Positions 1 through 12,295 are shown, counted from the first letter of the whole stretch. The stretch: 63,705 nucleotides of DNA, filler included, from Octopus bimaculoides (GCF_001194135.2; 3 parts of 3 records of this genome joined end to end with filler, not necessarily neighbours in it); one strand, 5' to 3'. The notes: generated by a model from the sequence alone, not told the origin. A program made the numbers and translations.

Positions 1-343
1 CGTTGCCAACCCTCACCTTACTGACAGCGTCTCTGTACATGGCTTGCACAGCTCTCACTAACCATTCATCTATCCCTAGTTTCCTCATTGACCACCAGAT
101 AAGGGAGTGGGGGACCCTGTCAAAGGCTTTCTCCATGTCAACGAAAGCCAAATACAGAGGTTTATCTTTGGGCAGGTATTTCTCCTGCAGCTGTTTTACC
201 AGAAATATAGCATCAGTGGTGCTTTTCCCTGGCACGAACCCAAACTGCATCTCATCTAAACTGACTCTCTCCCTAATTAGTTGACCTATGACCCTCTCCG
301 TGACTTTCATTACCTGATCCAACAACTTGATATCTCTGTAATT
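1..343 (-). mobile_element. RTE-clade LINE reverse-transcriptase fragment (runs off window start)
   Basis: My minus-strand translation reads NYRDIKLLDQVMKVTERVIGQLIRERVSLDEMQFGFVPGKSTTDAIFLVKQLQEKY...AFVDMEKAFDRVP, matching non-LTR RT motifs (QFGF, DxxKAFD) in the RTE style. Confidence 0.9.
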
Positions 344-582
344 ATATATATATATGCATAAATACATATCTATACATTTATATGCATATGTATATGCACA
401 CAAAGGAATCAATTATTATTCTTATTAGGTGTATTATATTATTCTTATTAGATAAAGTATAAACAGAGGAAAGAAGAATTATCAAAAGAGAAATAATAGT
501 GGGATTTAAATAATCAATATATCTTAAGATTATTATAGTTATGTAGGAATGAAAAGGTATATAAATGAGGAATACATATATA

Positions 583-1643
583 TTGGGTTGTCCGGAAAGT
601 TCGTGCCGATTTATAGTAGCTTACCTTTTGACTTATTTTAGAACATGGTTTAGTCCATAAAATAGGATTAGACTACACCTCCATTTAGAGCACAGTTTAA
701 GCCATCTTTTCGTGGAAGAAGGTTTATGTTCCTATAACTTGTGTTAAGTCTGTAACCCTTTAAAATGGAAGATAAGAAAGTTCATTTTCGGCACTTGATG
801 CTCTTCTTTTTCCGTAAAGGGAAAAATGCCTCACAAGCAACCAAAGAAATATGTGCAGTTTACAGTGATGTTTCTTTATCCGAAAGAACTGTACGGAAGT
901 GGTTCGCAAGGTTCCAAGCTGGAGATTGTAGCCTTATTGATAAAGAGCAATCAAGCAGACCATCCACTACAGATGATGACCAAATCNNNNNNNNNNNNNN
1001 NNNNNNNNNNNNNNNNNNNNNNNNNNNNNNNNNNNNNNNNNNNNNNNNNNNNNNNNNNNNNNNNNNNNNNNNNNNNNNNNNNNNNNNNNNNNNNNNNNNN
1101 NNNNNNNNNNNNNNNNNNNNNNNNNNNNNNNNNNGAATTCTGTACTATGAGCTTCTCCCAAGTAAACAGACAATTAATTCTGAGAAATACTGCACACAAC
1201 TGGATGAGTTAAAAGCAGCAATTCAAGAGAAACGTCCAGAATTGGCCAACAGGAAGGGTGTTGTTTTCCAACATAGTAATGCAAGACCGCACGTTTCTTT
1301 GGGAACCAAACAAAAATTGCTGCAGCTCAGCTGGGATATGTTACCCCACCCTCCATATTCACCAGATATTGCTCCTTCAGATTTCCACTTATTCAGGTCT
1401 CTGCAGAATAGTCTTAACAGTAAAAATTTCAATTCCTTGGATGACATAAAAAGATACCTTGATGAATTCTTTGCCATGAAACCCTAAATTCTGGGAAGAA
1501 GGTATTTTCAAATTAAAGGAAAGATGGAGACGTATTGTGCAACAAAATGGTTCATATTTGGTTGATTAAAAATGTAATGGCAAGTATTTATTGACCTTTT
1601 TGTTTCCTTTAAAAAATCGGCATGAACTTTCCAGACAACCCAA
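583..1643 (+). mobile_element. Mariner (Tc1/mariner) transposon, both ends present, internal N gap
   Basis: 30-bp TIRs at 583-612 (TTGGGTTGTCCGGAAAGTTCGTGCCGATTT) and 1614-1643 differ at 2 positions. TA flanks both ends (581-582, 1644-1645). Confidence 0.95.
765..1569 (+). pseudogene. Mariner transposase, inactivated
   Basis: HTH N-terminus, HPPYSPDIAPSDFHLF motif. The second catalytic Asp reads HSNARPH instead of HDNARPH. A frameshift near 1482 gives a stop at 1485-1487, and the true C-terminus (PKFWEEGIFKLKERWRRIVQQNGSYLVD*) continues in another frame to 1569. Confidence 0.9.
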
Positions 1644-2479
1644 TATATACATATATAAGCTGTAAGATACTATTCTACTTTCTATGCTCTACGTTATATA
1701 TTTTAATAATTAATGGTATTTTTATATTCTATATATTATATACATAAAACATAATATGTTATACATGTATGTATATTGTTATAATTGTTTTTTTTTAATA
1801 AATAAATATACTTAATATAATGTCTAAAAGTTGATGAATACCACCTCTTGATCTCCTCCATTTTCTTATTGCTGCATAATTAAGGGTAAAACAACTTTTT
1901 ACCCTCACCCATTTATTACATTCAGTAGTGTAATTACCATGCAATGAAAAAACACTTATGTATTAATAATTGAGTATTCTACCTGCAGTATATTGGATAG
2001 ATATTATCCCTTAGTTGGTTAGATTCACAACCTCTAACTCTCTTGGAATTATATATATATACTTATATATATTATTTATTATTATTATTATATATATATA
2101 TACTTTATTGATAAAGCTGCAAAGACATCACAAAATCTGTTATTCAGAGTTTCACATTCCTGTTCATTGGACAGTTTTAATCGAGGATCTCTACCAAAAC
2201 TGTCCGACAAATGATGTCCTTGCTGCTTTATTGATAAAGCATATTACTCTACTTTCAATATTCAAGTGCTATTTTTTCCACCTTGTTTCACACTTATGTG
2301 CTTACTCTGGTATGCATGTGTGTGTGTGTGTGTTTGTGTGCGCGCGCGCGCGCATGCATTAATGTGTATACAAATACACACTCACTCTCATATATAAAAA
2401 AACAAAAGAATTGAAAAAGTATTTCACTACCTTTTATACACATGTTTGCTATCAGACAGAAATGTTAAATCATGGCAAT

Positions 2480-3060
2480 AGTTACTGCCATTATTAACAG
2501 TATAAATGCAATCCATTTGGCAAATTGCTGATCTCTCAGTCATCGAGTTTTTCAGGTTTTGAAGCAGACACACTCACTGTAATTTTTAACATCTTCACAG
2601 TCAATAAACTCTTTTCCCTCTAAACAGTTTTGCAATGACCTGAAAAGATGATAGTCAGCTGGATGAATGTCAGGAAAAATAAGGATGGATTAGGCAAAAC
2701 TTCCATATTTAGTGCCATAACCTCTTCCTGAGTGACTTACACAATATATTGTGTTGATTTATCATGTGAGAGCATCACCCCTTTATGACTGACCAACAAT
2801 GGAAACATTTGCTGCAAACATTTTGTGATACTTTCAATTGCTTTGGTTTAATGCTTAGTGATAGAGGACACCCTTTGTATTCCACCAAACACAAACCATA
2901 ATTTTTTTTTTTTTTTTGTGAAGTGTGATGCTAGTGTGGAGATGGATTCTCCTTTATCGTTGACTTATGAGTATTATTATCTCCCTTGGACGTCATTATA
3001 GAGATCCCACTTTTCATTGCTTTTGGAAGTGATCACGTCAAAAATGGGACACAACGGATC
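2480..3060 (-). mobile_element. Highly degraded mariner transposase remnant
   Basis: Minus-strand pieces ITSKSNEKWDLYNDV (cf. ITGDEKW), VMLSHD (cf. LLHDNA) and PDIHPADYHLFRSLQNCLEGKEF occur in the correct order, with stops and frameshifts. Confidence 0.75.
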
Positions 3061-3269
3061 AATGGATTGATAAACAAACGTATTCATATATATATTAATG
3101 CATACACATAGACAAGAAGATTGATTGACTGATTGATTAACTGACTCAAAATATACATGCATATAGTACACAGTGAAACTGCAGCTAAGGATATTAAAGC
3201 CATTTCATTGTCGTAAGATACGAAGCTGTGGCTAAATATGATAGAAGATATAAGAAGGTCAACGTTCGA

Positions 3270-4330
3270 AATTTAAGCGTACGAAACTGTAGACAGTCCT
3301 GTCCGAAAAAATGCTTGTGTTTGTTTGGGTAAGAAGTACAACTTTCGGATTATCTGCTTAAGGCTGAAAACGGTAAGTTGACAAATATTTGTTTGAAAAT
3401 ATCCTTGGGTGCTATATACTTTAGAATGATATCCGGCATAACTACAGATTTCTCCCCCCTCCCGCCGACTTTGGATGATCATAACTTACAGAAAAATGGA
3501 TATTTTTTTAATGAAATTTTCTACGAATATGTGTTATATCTTGTAGATTCCGAATATACAAAATTTTACGAGGGGGTGTGGTGAGGAATTTCGGAAAATT
3601 CACCAGAGTTCACTTCAATTCGTCTTAACTTTCAAGAAAATGAATGTTTTTAAATGAAATTAGGCATTCTTTCCATATAATTCGATGGACCAAAACACTG
3701 AAATCTGCTCTTTCCGTGGCTGTTGTCGACTGTCAGTTGACGAAATGGAAGAAGAAAGCTAATGGGTGGTATGTTTGTGCGTGTGTATGTGCTTGTTCCT
3801 CTGTCTGTGTCTGTCCTGTTTTTATGTATTTATGTGTTGTGGACTAAAGATATAACGAAATTTTGCCAGCAATGTCGCATTTTAAATTTGAAGAAAAAGG
3901 CTTTTTTTCTTCATGTTTAAAATGCGACATTGCTGGCATAATTTCGTTATATCTATATTCCACAACACATAAAAACAGGACAGACACAGACAAGAACAAA
4001 TCTCTACAAATATACCTCGAACTATGTAGTTTCGGAGTATATACCAATTTTGTGGGGGGGGGAAAACAATTGAGGGTTAATTTGGCGCTTCTTTAGAAGC
4101 GCACCTCTCCAAGAAAATGACGCTTACTTGTAAAAAAAAAGTTAGGAAAATGGGAAATATATCAAAAATAAATTCAAAAAATTAGGAAGATTCATCAATT
4201 TTTAAATATTTTATATAAAAAAACCCCCCGAAAACGGGCACTCGTGAATATAAACATAAATGTCGGACGATACAGGGGGCGGTAACTTGCTTTTACCAGT
4301 GAGATATTAATGATACAAGGGGCCCGACAA
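3270..4330. mobile_element. Older diverged copy of the non-coding repeat at 18004-19236 (probable non-autonomous DNA transposon)
   Basis: 3270-3395 aligns by eye with 18058-18180 (shared AAAACGGTAAGTTGA), and 4083-4328 aligns with 18937-19185 (shared TCGGACGATAC...GGTAA.TTGCTTTTACCA). Termini were not recognised. Confidence 0.6.
3848..3954. repeat. Near-perfect palindrome, ~51-bp arms, tiny loop
   Basis: AGATATAACGAAATTTTGCCAGCAATGTCGCATTTTAAATTTGAAGAAAAA versus the reverse complement of 3903-3954 shows 3 mismatches. The ORF track gives near-identical peptides on both strands here. Confidence 0.95.
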
Positions 4331-4398
4331 TATCCTCTGCGAATCTTTTTCTTAAAAGTCAATTTATAACTAATACTATTCTTAATGCTATGATCTTA

Positions 4399-5700
4399 TT
4401 ACATCCACCCTCTCACCGTCTCCACCTCATCACATAGTGTTTCCACTGACTTCGCCAGCCTTCCAGCTCCTTTTTCACATCTTCCATAAACAAACTCTCT
4501 TGCCAGTCTTGGGGTTACCTTCTTCATTTTTGTACATCTACCCTGAATCCATTTCTCACATCTTGTACACACCGCATTTGCCATTACCTTCCTCTCACAT
4601 ACACCACATCAATCCACCTTACTAACACTTCTCCTTTCACCCCACTCACCATCACCTTTGTCTTCCTGAGGTTTACCTTCAAACCTTTGCTTTCAGACAC
4701 CTTCTATTTCCAAAACATCTCCCTCATCTCACTCATCAGAACAAGGTCATCTGCATACAGTATCTCCATTAGCAGTCCCTCTCTTGCACTCTCCCTCTCC
4801 ATATCAACCACTATTGCAAACAACAACGGCGACAACACAGATCCCTAATACACACCAACTTTCACTGCAAACTCCAACAGCTCTCATCCAATTCTCACTC
4901 TTATCTTTACCCCCTCATACAAATTCATTACTGCTCTCTATATTACCTCTAGTACAACTCTCTTTCTCAGTGCCCACGCAATCACCTTCCTTGGAACCCT
5001 TTCGAATGCCTTCTCTAGATCTCGGTATTCCTCCTGCAATCTACTTACAATGAACACTGCATCTATTGTCCCACTTCCTGGCATAAAACCAAATTGCATC
5101 TCATCCACATCCACCCCTTTCCAAATTCTCCTCTCCAACACCCTTTCCACTATCTTCATTGCATGCTCCAATAACTTCACTTCTCTATACGCCCCACAAC
5201 TCATTGCATCCCCCTTCCCCTTGAAGATCATACCACCACACTTAGTGCCCAATCATCTGGCATTCTTCTTCCATCCAGCACGCCTTGCAGAGCTCCATCA
5301 TCATAACAATCCCTATCTCCCCTCTTGCAGTTATCATTTCCACACGTACTTCTGATTGACCAGCTGCCTTTCCTGTTTTCATTTCCTTCATTGCCTCCAC
5401 TACTTCTTCCCGACTAACCCTCTCCACTGGCACCCTTTACCACAGCAACTTCCACCCTCTGATTCCATTCATAATTCCCTCCATATGCTCCTTCCGAACT
5501 CTTCCCCTGTCCTTCTCACTAAAATTCAACCTTCCATCACTCCACCTCATGCATCTTCCTCCCTCAACATCTCTTCCATCATTTTTCATTGATTTAATAA
5601 GCCTAAACACTCTATCTGGGTTCTCATCAAACCAAATCAACCTCTCCTCAGCTTCCTTCCTCATAGATCTCGCAACCATCCTTTTTTCACAATTCTTCAT
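4399..5700 (-). mobile_element. Degraded RTE-clade LINE (linker plus RT)
   Basis: Fragments KTGKAAGQS, KLLEHAMKIVERVLE...DEMQFGFMPG...DAVFIV, DLEKAFERVP and MEILYADDLV (YADD at 4746-4757), with multiple stops and frameshifts. Confidence 0.9.
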
Positions 5701-6099
5701 GTTATACATTTTTAAAAAAATGAATTTTTCACTTGTAAATGTGGCTTCCATCTTGGACATAGTACAACCAACAGGATATTCACTTAGTTGCAGGTTTTTG
5801 AGAAATCGTGGGAATATTAACAAGTCTATGGTTGCTTTGTAGACCTTACAATGGAATTTGACCACATGCCAAAGAAAATGTTGTGGAAGATTTTGCAGGA
5901 GTTGAGATTAAAGACCAATTCTGTTTGCTGTGAAGCCCCTATATAAAAATCTAATGACTCTTCCAGGTAAGTCAAAATCTTCTAACAAGAGTGATAAACG
6001 TGGTGCATATTGTCACCTCTCCTCTTTTTCATGAACTGGATTGATATGTGCAGCCATTGTGGAATTGGTAGATAATGGAAATAATTATATTTGTTTTAT

Positions 6100-7300
6100 T
6101 ATGTGTGGTGGTTCTAGGCTGGGAATGAGGGAGGGTAAATTAAAGAAGACATAGTTGTGAAGGGTAGTAGAAGAGAAAGTGATGCAGCTGTAAGAGTCCT
6201 CTGTAATTGGGGAAGGGGGTATGGCAAGAAATGGGATGGTGGAAAAAGATTAGCGATGGTTTATTGTGGAAGGTGTTGGATAGAGTGGAAAGGTAACAGT
6301 GTGAATAGTGTAGGACTATCATATTTTAAGTGTTATGGAAAGGGGGAATGAAGAGAGCTACATAGCTGGATAGAGCAACATCTTGTGACGTGAACAGCGT
6401 GGAAAGACATTGGGTACAATAGAGGTAGGGGTATGGGAAGAGGAAGAGCAGGGGGATAATGCCATGACAACATTCCAGAAGAAGATACAGTGATGGGATC
6501 ACCAATAGGAAGAGAGTATGGTGAGAGGTATAGAGAAACAGTGGAAAGGCCTGTAATGAGAGAACAGTTAATGGAGGTCGAGAGAAAGAGTTTTGAGTGA
6601 TGAAGAGATGAAGTCATGGAGTTTGGAGGACAGAAGGTAATGGGACAGTGAGGTGTGCTTGCGTTAAAGCAAATACATACATGTACATGCATGAGGGTCA
6701 TACCTTCTTCATTATAGGTAAATGATGGATTACAAGCAGGAGCAATGTGCTATCATTGAATCTTGAGAGAGGAAAGGTGCAAACTATCTTGTATCTACAG
6801 AAGAACAGATTCATGTGGACAGATGAGTCACAATGTGTGAGTTTGTTATACAATTGGACTAGGGTCATAATGAATTGCATAAGATGATGGAAGTCTGAGT
6901 ATTGTTTCCAATACCCCCATGTATGTGTAAAGTACATACCGCAGCAGTTGACTCCTGATTTAAAGGATGGAAAGGTGGATGTGATTAAAGCCAATGATAA
7001 CATGGTTTTTCTTTATCTGTTTAATAGAAAATGAAAACTCGGCATATTGTTGTGATCCAGAAACAAAATTTTGGGCTATGGAATAGCATCACATGTCTTC
7101 TCCAAAGCCTAACAAGTTCAAGAGCCACTGATTAGTATTGAAATCATGTTGACTTGTTTGGGCTGACAAGGGCTGTACTATGAAAAGTGAATAGTACACA
7201 GAAACACTTACAAAGCTTAGATATTCCATTAAGAGGACATAATAGAACAAGAATCTGAAGACGACCTATGTTCACCATGATAATGAATGACCACATATAT
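6100..7300 (-). mobile_element. Possible very old LINE RT remnant (clade unresolved)
   Basis: Strong strand compositional bias and faint motif echoes (SGV..., QYSD, GMLSW, LKYDSP). No clean motif. Confidence 0.3.
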
Positions 7301-7649
7301 CGTTGTCAACAAATCAGGTAGTTGGGAATTTGGGATTTTAAGTGGTCCACCAGTCAGCTTGGATGTGGTGTCCTCTAACTTTAACCCTTTCAGAGTAATG
7401 AAGGACAGTGTTTGGTAACAAAATATAATACATCCTTTGATGCAGGTAGAGGAATCTTTATATTATTGTTTGATTTTTTTAAATGGCATCCAATTTTCCC
7501 TCAAATTAACCCCTACAATCCTGAAAAATGATGGATATGTTGGACTAGTTGAAATGTTCAGATAAAGGTTTATATCTTCAGTTTATTAACATTGAAATGT
7601 AAAATTTTCATTGTTGAATTTCCTCTTCTTTATATCCTCCTATCTTATA

Positions 7650-7673
7650 CAGTATTTATCATTTCTATTTCAG
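7650..7673 (+). promoter_or_regulatory. Candidate splice acceptor of the zinc-finger coding exon
   Basis: Pyrimidine-rich TTTATCATTTCTATTTCAG with AG at 7672-7673, about 340 bp upstream of the ATG. It would imply an upstream non-coding exon; this is inference only. Confidence 0.45.
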
Positions 7674-8011
7674 AATATTGGATGAGAGTGCCTTAAAAGT
7701 ATCATCAGTTTTTATCTTCTATTAAAGACACAAAAAAGATGTTATGCAGAACTATTCTAACACTGTTTATGTAAATATGTAGTGAATTAGGATGAAATAT
7801 TTCTTCACATCATTTATTAACAGCCTATGTTTACTTCATTGTCTGAGCTGTTTACATGATCAATTCACAATCTTAGGGAAAATTTCCAAAAAAAGTTTAC
7901 ATCTTCACAAACTGTGAAGCATAAATATAGCAGTAGAATTATTTCTTTGCAAGAAAATAGAAAATACAAAGCAGAACAGCATCTGTACATTGTGGTGAAA
8001 TACAAAGAATT

Positions 8012-9658
8012 ATGGAGAAAGAAATATGTGAGAACCAGCAAAAATGCAAATCACAATCAAAGGTGATTGATTTTCCTGCTGAGAAATTGAAACTGAAAGG
8101 GACAAGTAACCTACCTACTCAAAAATGTAAAAATAGTAGAGAGAAATACTATCACTGTGATATCTGTGGTAAGTCATTCTTTCGAAAGTATGAGGTTGCT
8201 ATACACAAACGTATTCATACAGGAGAGAAACCTTATCACTGTGAGATCTGTGGTAAATCATTCTCTGTAAATAGTTCTTTAACTAAACATAAACGCATCC
8301 ATACAGGAGAGAAGCCATATCACTGCAATATTTGTGGGTATTCGTGCTCAGAAAAAGGGGCTTTGGTGCAACATAAACGAGTTCATACTGGTGTGAAACC
8401 ATATCATTGTGATATCTGTGACAAATCATTTACTCAAAGAAGTAATTTAACTAAACACAATGTTATTCATACAGGAGAAAAGCCTTATCACTGTAATATC
8501 TGTGGAAAGTTATTCTCCTCAAATGCTAACTTAACTATTCACAAACGTGTTCATACTGGTGAAAAGCCATATCACTGTGATGTATGTGATAAATCGTTTG
8601 CTCAAGCTACTGATTTAACTAAACATAAACGCATTCATACAGGTGAGAGACCATATCAATGTAATATTTGTGGTATATGTTTCTCTGCGTGTACTCAGTT
8701 AATCATTCATAAACGTGTTCACACAGGAAAGAAACCATATCGTTGTGATATTTGTGGTAAATCTTTCTCCCAAAGTAGTTACTTAATTCCTCATAAACGT
8801 ATTCATACAGGTGAGAAGCCATATTGCTGTGCTATCTGTGGTAAATCGTTTTCTTATAGAATTTCTTTTACAAACCACCAACGTATTCATACAGGACAGA
8901 AGCCTTACAACTGTGATATCTGTGATAAATCATTCTCACGCAATGATTACTTAACTAATCACAAACGCATTCATACAGGAGAGAAACCATATCATTGTGA
9001 TATCTGTGGTAAATCATTCTCGCTGTATTGTCAAATAGGGATTCATAAACGCATTCATACAGGTGAAAAGCCCTATCACTGTGATATATGTGGTAAATCA
9101 TTCCCACAGACATGTGGATTAACTACTCACAAACGTATTCATACTGGAGAAAAACCATTTCAGTGTGATATCTGTAATAAATCATTCACTGTGAATAGTA
9201 CTTTGACTAAACATAAACGTCTACATACAGGAGAGAAGCCACATCACTGTGATGTCTGTGGTAAATCATTCTCACAAACTGGCAACCTAACTCAACACAA
9301 ACGGCTTCATACAGGTGAGAAGCCATATTGCTGTGATGTCTGTGGTAAATCCTTTTCTAAAAATTGTTATTTAACTCAACATAAACGCATTCATACAGGA
9401 GAGAAGCCATATCACTGTGATATCTGTGGTAAATATTTCTCTCGTTGTGCTAACTTAATTAAACATAAACGCATACATACAGGAGAGAGGCCATATCACT
9501 GTGATATCTGTGGTAAATCATTCTCAGAAAGTGGTACGTTAATTAAACATAAACGTGTACATACTGGAGAGAAGCCATATCACTGTAATATCTGTGGAAA
9601 AGCATATTCAAAAAAATGTTCTTTGGTTAAACACAAATGCAATCCTACAAAAGACTAA
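8012..9658 (+). CDS. C2H2 (Kruppel-type) multi-zinc-finger protein, 548 aa: 17 canonical fingers plus 1 terminal atypical finger
   Basis: Uninterrupted ORF. A 46-aa leader is followed by 17 repeats of 28 aa (C-X2-C-X12-H-X3-H with TGEKP-type linkers) and a final CNIC...HKC finger lacking the second His. No KRAB, SCAN, BTB or ZAD domain is recognisable. AATAAA occurs at 9734-9739 and 9846-9851. Confidence 0.95.
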   Translation: MEKEICENQQKCKSQSKVIDFPAEKLKLKGTSNLPTQKCKNSREKYYHCDICGKSFFRKYEVAIHKRIHTGEKPYHCEICGKSFSVNSSLTKHKRIHTGEKPYHCNICGYSCSEKGALVQHKRVHTGVKPYHCDICDKSFTQRSNLTKHNVIHTGEKPYHCNICGKLFSSNANLTIHKRVHTGEKPYHCDVCDKSFAQATDLTKHKRIHTGERPYQCNICGICFSACTQLIIHKRVHTGKKPYRCDICGKSFSQSSYLIPHKRIHTGEKPYCCAICGKSFSYRISFTNHQRIHTGQKPYNCDICDKSFSRNDYLTNHKRIHTGEKPYHCDICGKSFSLYCQIGIHKRIHTGEKPYHCDICGKSFPQTCGLTTHKRIHTGEKPFQCDICNKSFTVNSTLTKHKRLHTGEKPHHCDVCGKSFSQTGNLTQHKRLHTGEKPYCCDVCGKSFSKNCYLTQHKRIHTGEKPYHCDICGKYFSRCANLIKHKRIHTGERPYHCDICGKSFSESGTLIKHKRVHTGEKPYHCNICGKAYSKKCSLVKHKCNPTKD

Positions 9659-9697
9659 AATTATCCATGTCAAAAGTCATTCTCTGAAAAAAAAAAG

Positions 9698-9734
<37 letters not shown>

Positions 9735-9879
9735 ATAAATGTATTCACAGAAGAAATAAGATGTGTAGGATAACCTCTCTGAACAGTATATATAGTACTC
9801 AATTAGATGTGTTTTGGTGAAATGTCTTACAACTGTAATATTTTCAATAAAAAACATTATTTCTGAGGTGTTGTGTATA

Positions 9880-10135
9880 CGAGGTCTGATCAATAAGTAT
9901 CCGGTCTGTTGCCATAGTAACGAAGCTAAAGCATGCAGAGTAAAGCTGCTTAGCACAGATTGACCTTGACCTCTGCTGGGCATGTGCACTAAGTTTTAAC
10001 ATTCTAGCTCACTTCTACTGTTTACAGCAGTGCTTTGAAGTAACATGATTGTTGCATTGACCATGACAGAAAAAGTTGTCATGGTGAGACCTACTCAGAG
10101 ACCTGTGCAGTCTTGATGCAATCAGAGAAATTCCA
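9880..10135 (+). mobile_element. 5' fragment of a second mariner-type family
   Basis: TA at 9878-9879 is followed by CGAGGTCTGATCAATAAGTATCCG, a mariner-like terminus, and a remnant start MTEKV near 10063. No matching right end was found. Confidence 0.65.
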
Positions 10136-10265
10136 ACATATATGACAGCTATTCCAAAAGTCTACTTTTCCAGTTTCCTATTAGGAGAGGTGGAATGAGT
10201 AATATTTACAGCATTTTTCACTTTGAGAAAAAAAGGAGTGGCTGTGTGGTAAGAAGCCTGCTTCC

Positions 10266-12295
10266 GGTGAACCAGAATGGACGTAAGTTTGTTATGCTCC
10301 GTTCATTGAAAGAAAAAAAGAACAAAATAGAGAAGGTCGGCAAGGTAGGTGATTTTGTTTTATTTGAGCTGTGCGTAATTTATTATATTGCAATTTTTGT
10401 TAATAAATTCCGTACAGCTCTGGACAATTTCTCCTGCTCTCGGTGGCTGCTGTTTTTGTATATTGCGAATTCTATGGATTTGTTTCAAAAAATGGGGGCG
10501 TATCCTCGCCCGAATGAATAGAACCTGATACAGTTGCAGTTACCGTTGGCTGTAGCCTGTATTCGTGTTTGGATTTATTGAATTTATTTTACCAATTACC
10601 AGAAAAAAAAAAAAGATTCACGCCAAGGACCCTATCCACATTGGCCAGGAAATTGGATTTTTGCTGTGTTTTTCTTTCTCCGTCTACCTTTCCTGATTTT
10701 TTCTTTCTTTTTGAACTGTTTATTTATTTTTTGGACTTCTTTGTCTTATTTTTTTTTTTTTTTTACTGATCTGTTAACTATTTGTGTATTTTTTTTTCTT
10801 TTGGATTTTTTTTTGATCTTTCTTTGAACTTATAAGACTTATTTCTTTTTGCACATGGCAAAAATAAACAGTGCCGCTGCTTTGGAGTGTTAGGTGGTCC
10901 CACCCAAACATTGGATTAAAGATCTTGAGAAGAGGACGGTGGTACTACAGACCTTTTCCAGATCACGTGGTGCCATCGCCCTCTTCGACGAGAATGTGAT
11001 AGAGGAAGAGTTAGCAGACTACCTGCCAACTATAAAATTTATTTCTCAGCGGATCAAATATGCAACGGTATGGTTGCTGTTTGGTACCCCCGAGGAAGCT
11101 GGTAAATTTGCCAGCAGGCCCTTTGAGGGGCAAGAAATTTTGTTTCTCCCCACTTATTGTAGGAGGACAGTAATAAGAGCCTGGGTGTGTGGGCTACCTC
11201 CGGGTACAGAAGCGGGATGGATCGGTGATACCATCTGGCAGGGCCTAGGAGATAGCGGGCCTAGGCTCTTAAATGTGAGGATGACGCCTGCTGTTGATTG
11301 GGAAGGGGCAAAAGCAATTTTGACCCTATGGACGCCACCGGCCGCAGGCGAAATCGTGTTCCCACTGATACTTGAGGGTCGACCTCCCAGGTGTCACTCC
11401 TGCCTGCAGTTAGGCCACATTAAGAAGGACTGCCCCCAGGGCCGTGGGAAAGCCCCGGAGAAGGTGATGGAAAATGTGCCTGCCGTCCCCCCCNNNNNNN
11501 NNNNNNNNNNNNNNNNNNNNNNNNNNNNNNNNNNNNNNNNNNNNNNNNNNNNNNNNNNNNNNNNNNNNNNNNNNNNNNNNNNNNNNNNNNNNNNNNNNNN
11601 NNNNNNNNNNNNNNNNNNNNNNNNNNNNNNNNNNNNNNNNNNNNNNNNNNNNNNNNNNNNNNNNNNNNNNNNNNNNNNNNNNNNNNNNNNNNNNNNNNNN
11701 NNNNNNNNNNNNNNNNNNNNNNNNNNNNNNNNNNNNNNNNNNGGTGTGCTGATGGAGGCCCCAGCTCCCGCAGAAGAAAAAAAGAAAAAAAACGGGAGAC
11801 GGTCGGTGGAAAGCACTGTGCCGCCGACCGAACCCGCGATCCCTCCGGTGGGAAGTGTGCCAGCGGGAACGGTGCCACTGTCAGAAGACTCTTCGTCTGA
11901 GGAGGAGGAAATTATCCTCCTGTACATCAGGGGGAAGGAAGTTGAAAGGCTCCTGGATCGTGCATGCGGCCGGGAGAGATCCTTTTCTGCATGCACATCA
12001 TTACCCGTACCACCATTAACATGGTCAAGGCCACTTGCAATGAAGTGAGTTATTTATACTTTACTAACGAAGTGGATTATAACATGGACTGTTGCCTGAT
12101 GGCAGCATCAGAGATGCTGATGGAAAATTATTGATTGTAAATTAATTGTAACCAAAGTGAACAAAGGTTTTTGAGGGGTTACCGATCGGTGGGCGTCGGT
12201 GCCCCTCTCATTTTTCATGTATGTCATTAATGTTTCTGTCCAGCCCTAGCTTCTGCTAATCTTTGTAATGACTAAATGGCAAATTTCATGAAATA
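10266..12295 (+). mobile_element. L1/Tx1-like non-LTR element, apparently ORF1-only
   Basis: 15-bp TSD AAGAAGCYTGCTTCC at 10251-10265 and 12296-12310 (1 mismatch). The element has a T-rich 5' UTR, a gag-like ORF1, a short 3' UTR with a stem-loop, and a terminal AATAAA at 12292-12297. No EN or RT sequence is visible outside the 249-N gap. Confidence 0.8.
10855..12134 (+). pseudogene. ORF1 (gag-like nucleic-acid-binding protein) with one CCHC zinc knuckle
   Basis: The ATG at 10855 is in frame with track ORF 10894-12048 but interrupted by TAG at 10891-10893. The knuckle CHSCLQLGHIKKDC (C-X2-C-X4-H-X4-C) lies at 11392-11433, followed by a Pro/Glu/Lys-rich region. A second frame open over 11946-12134 suggests a frameshifted C-terminus. 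Confidence 0.75.
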
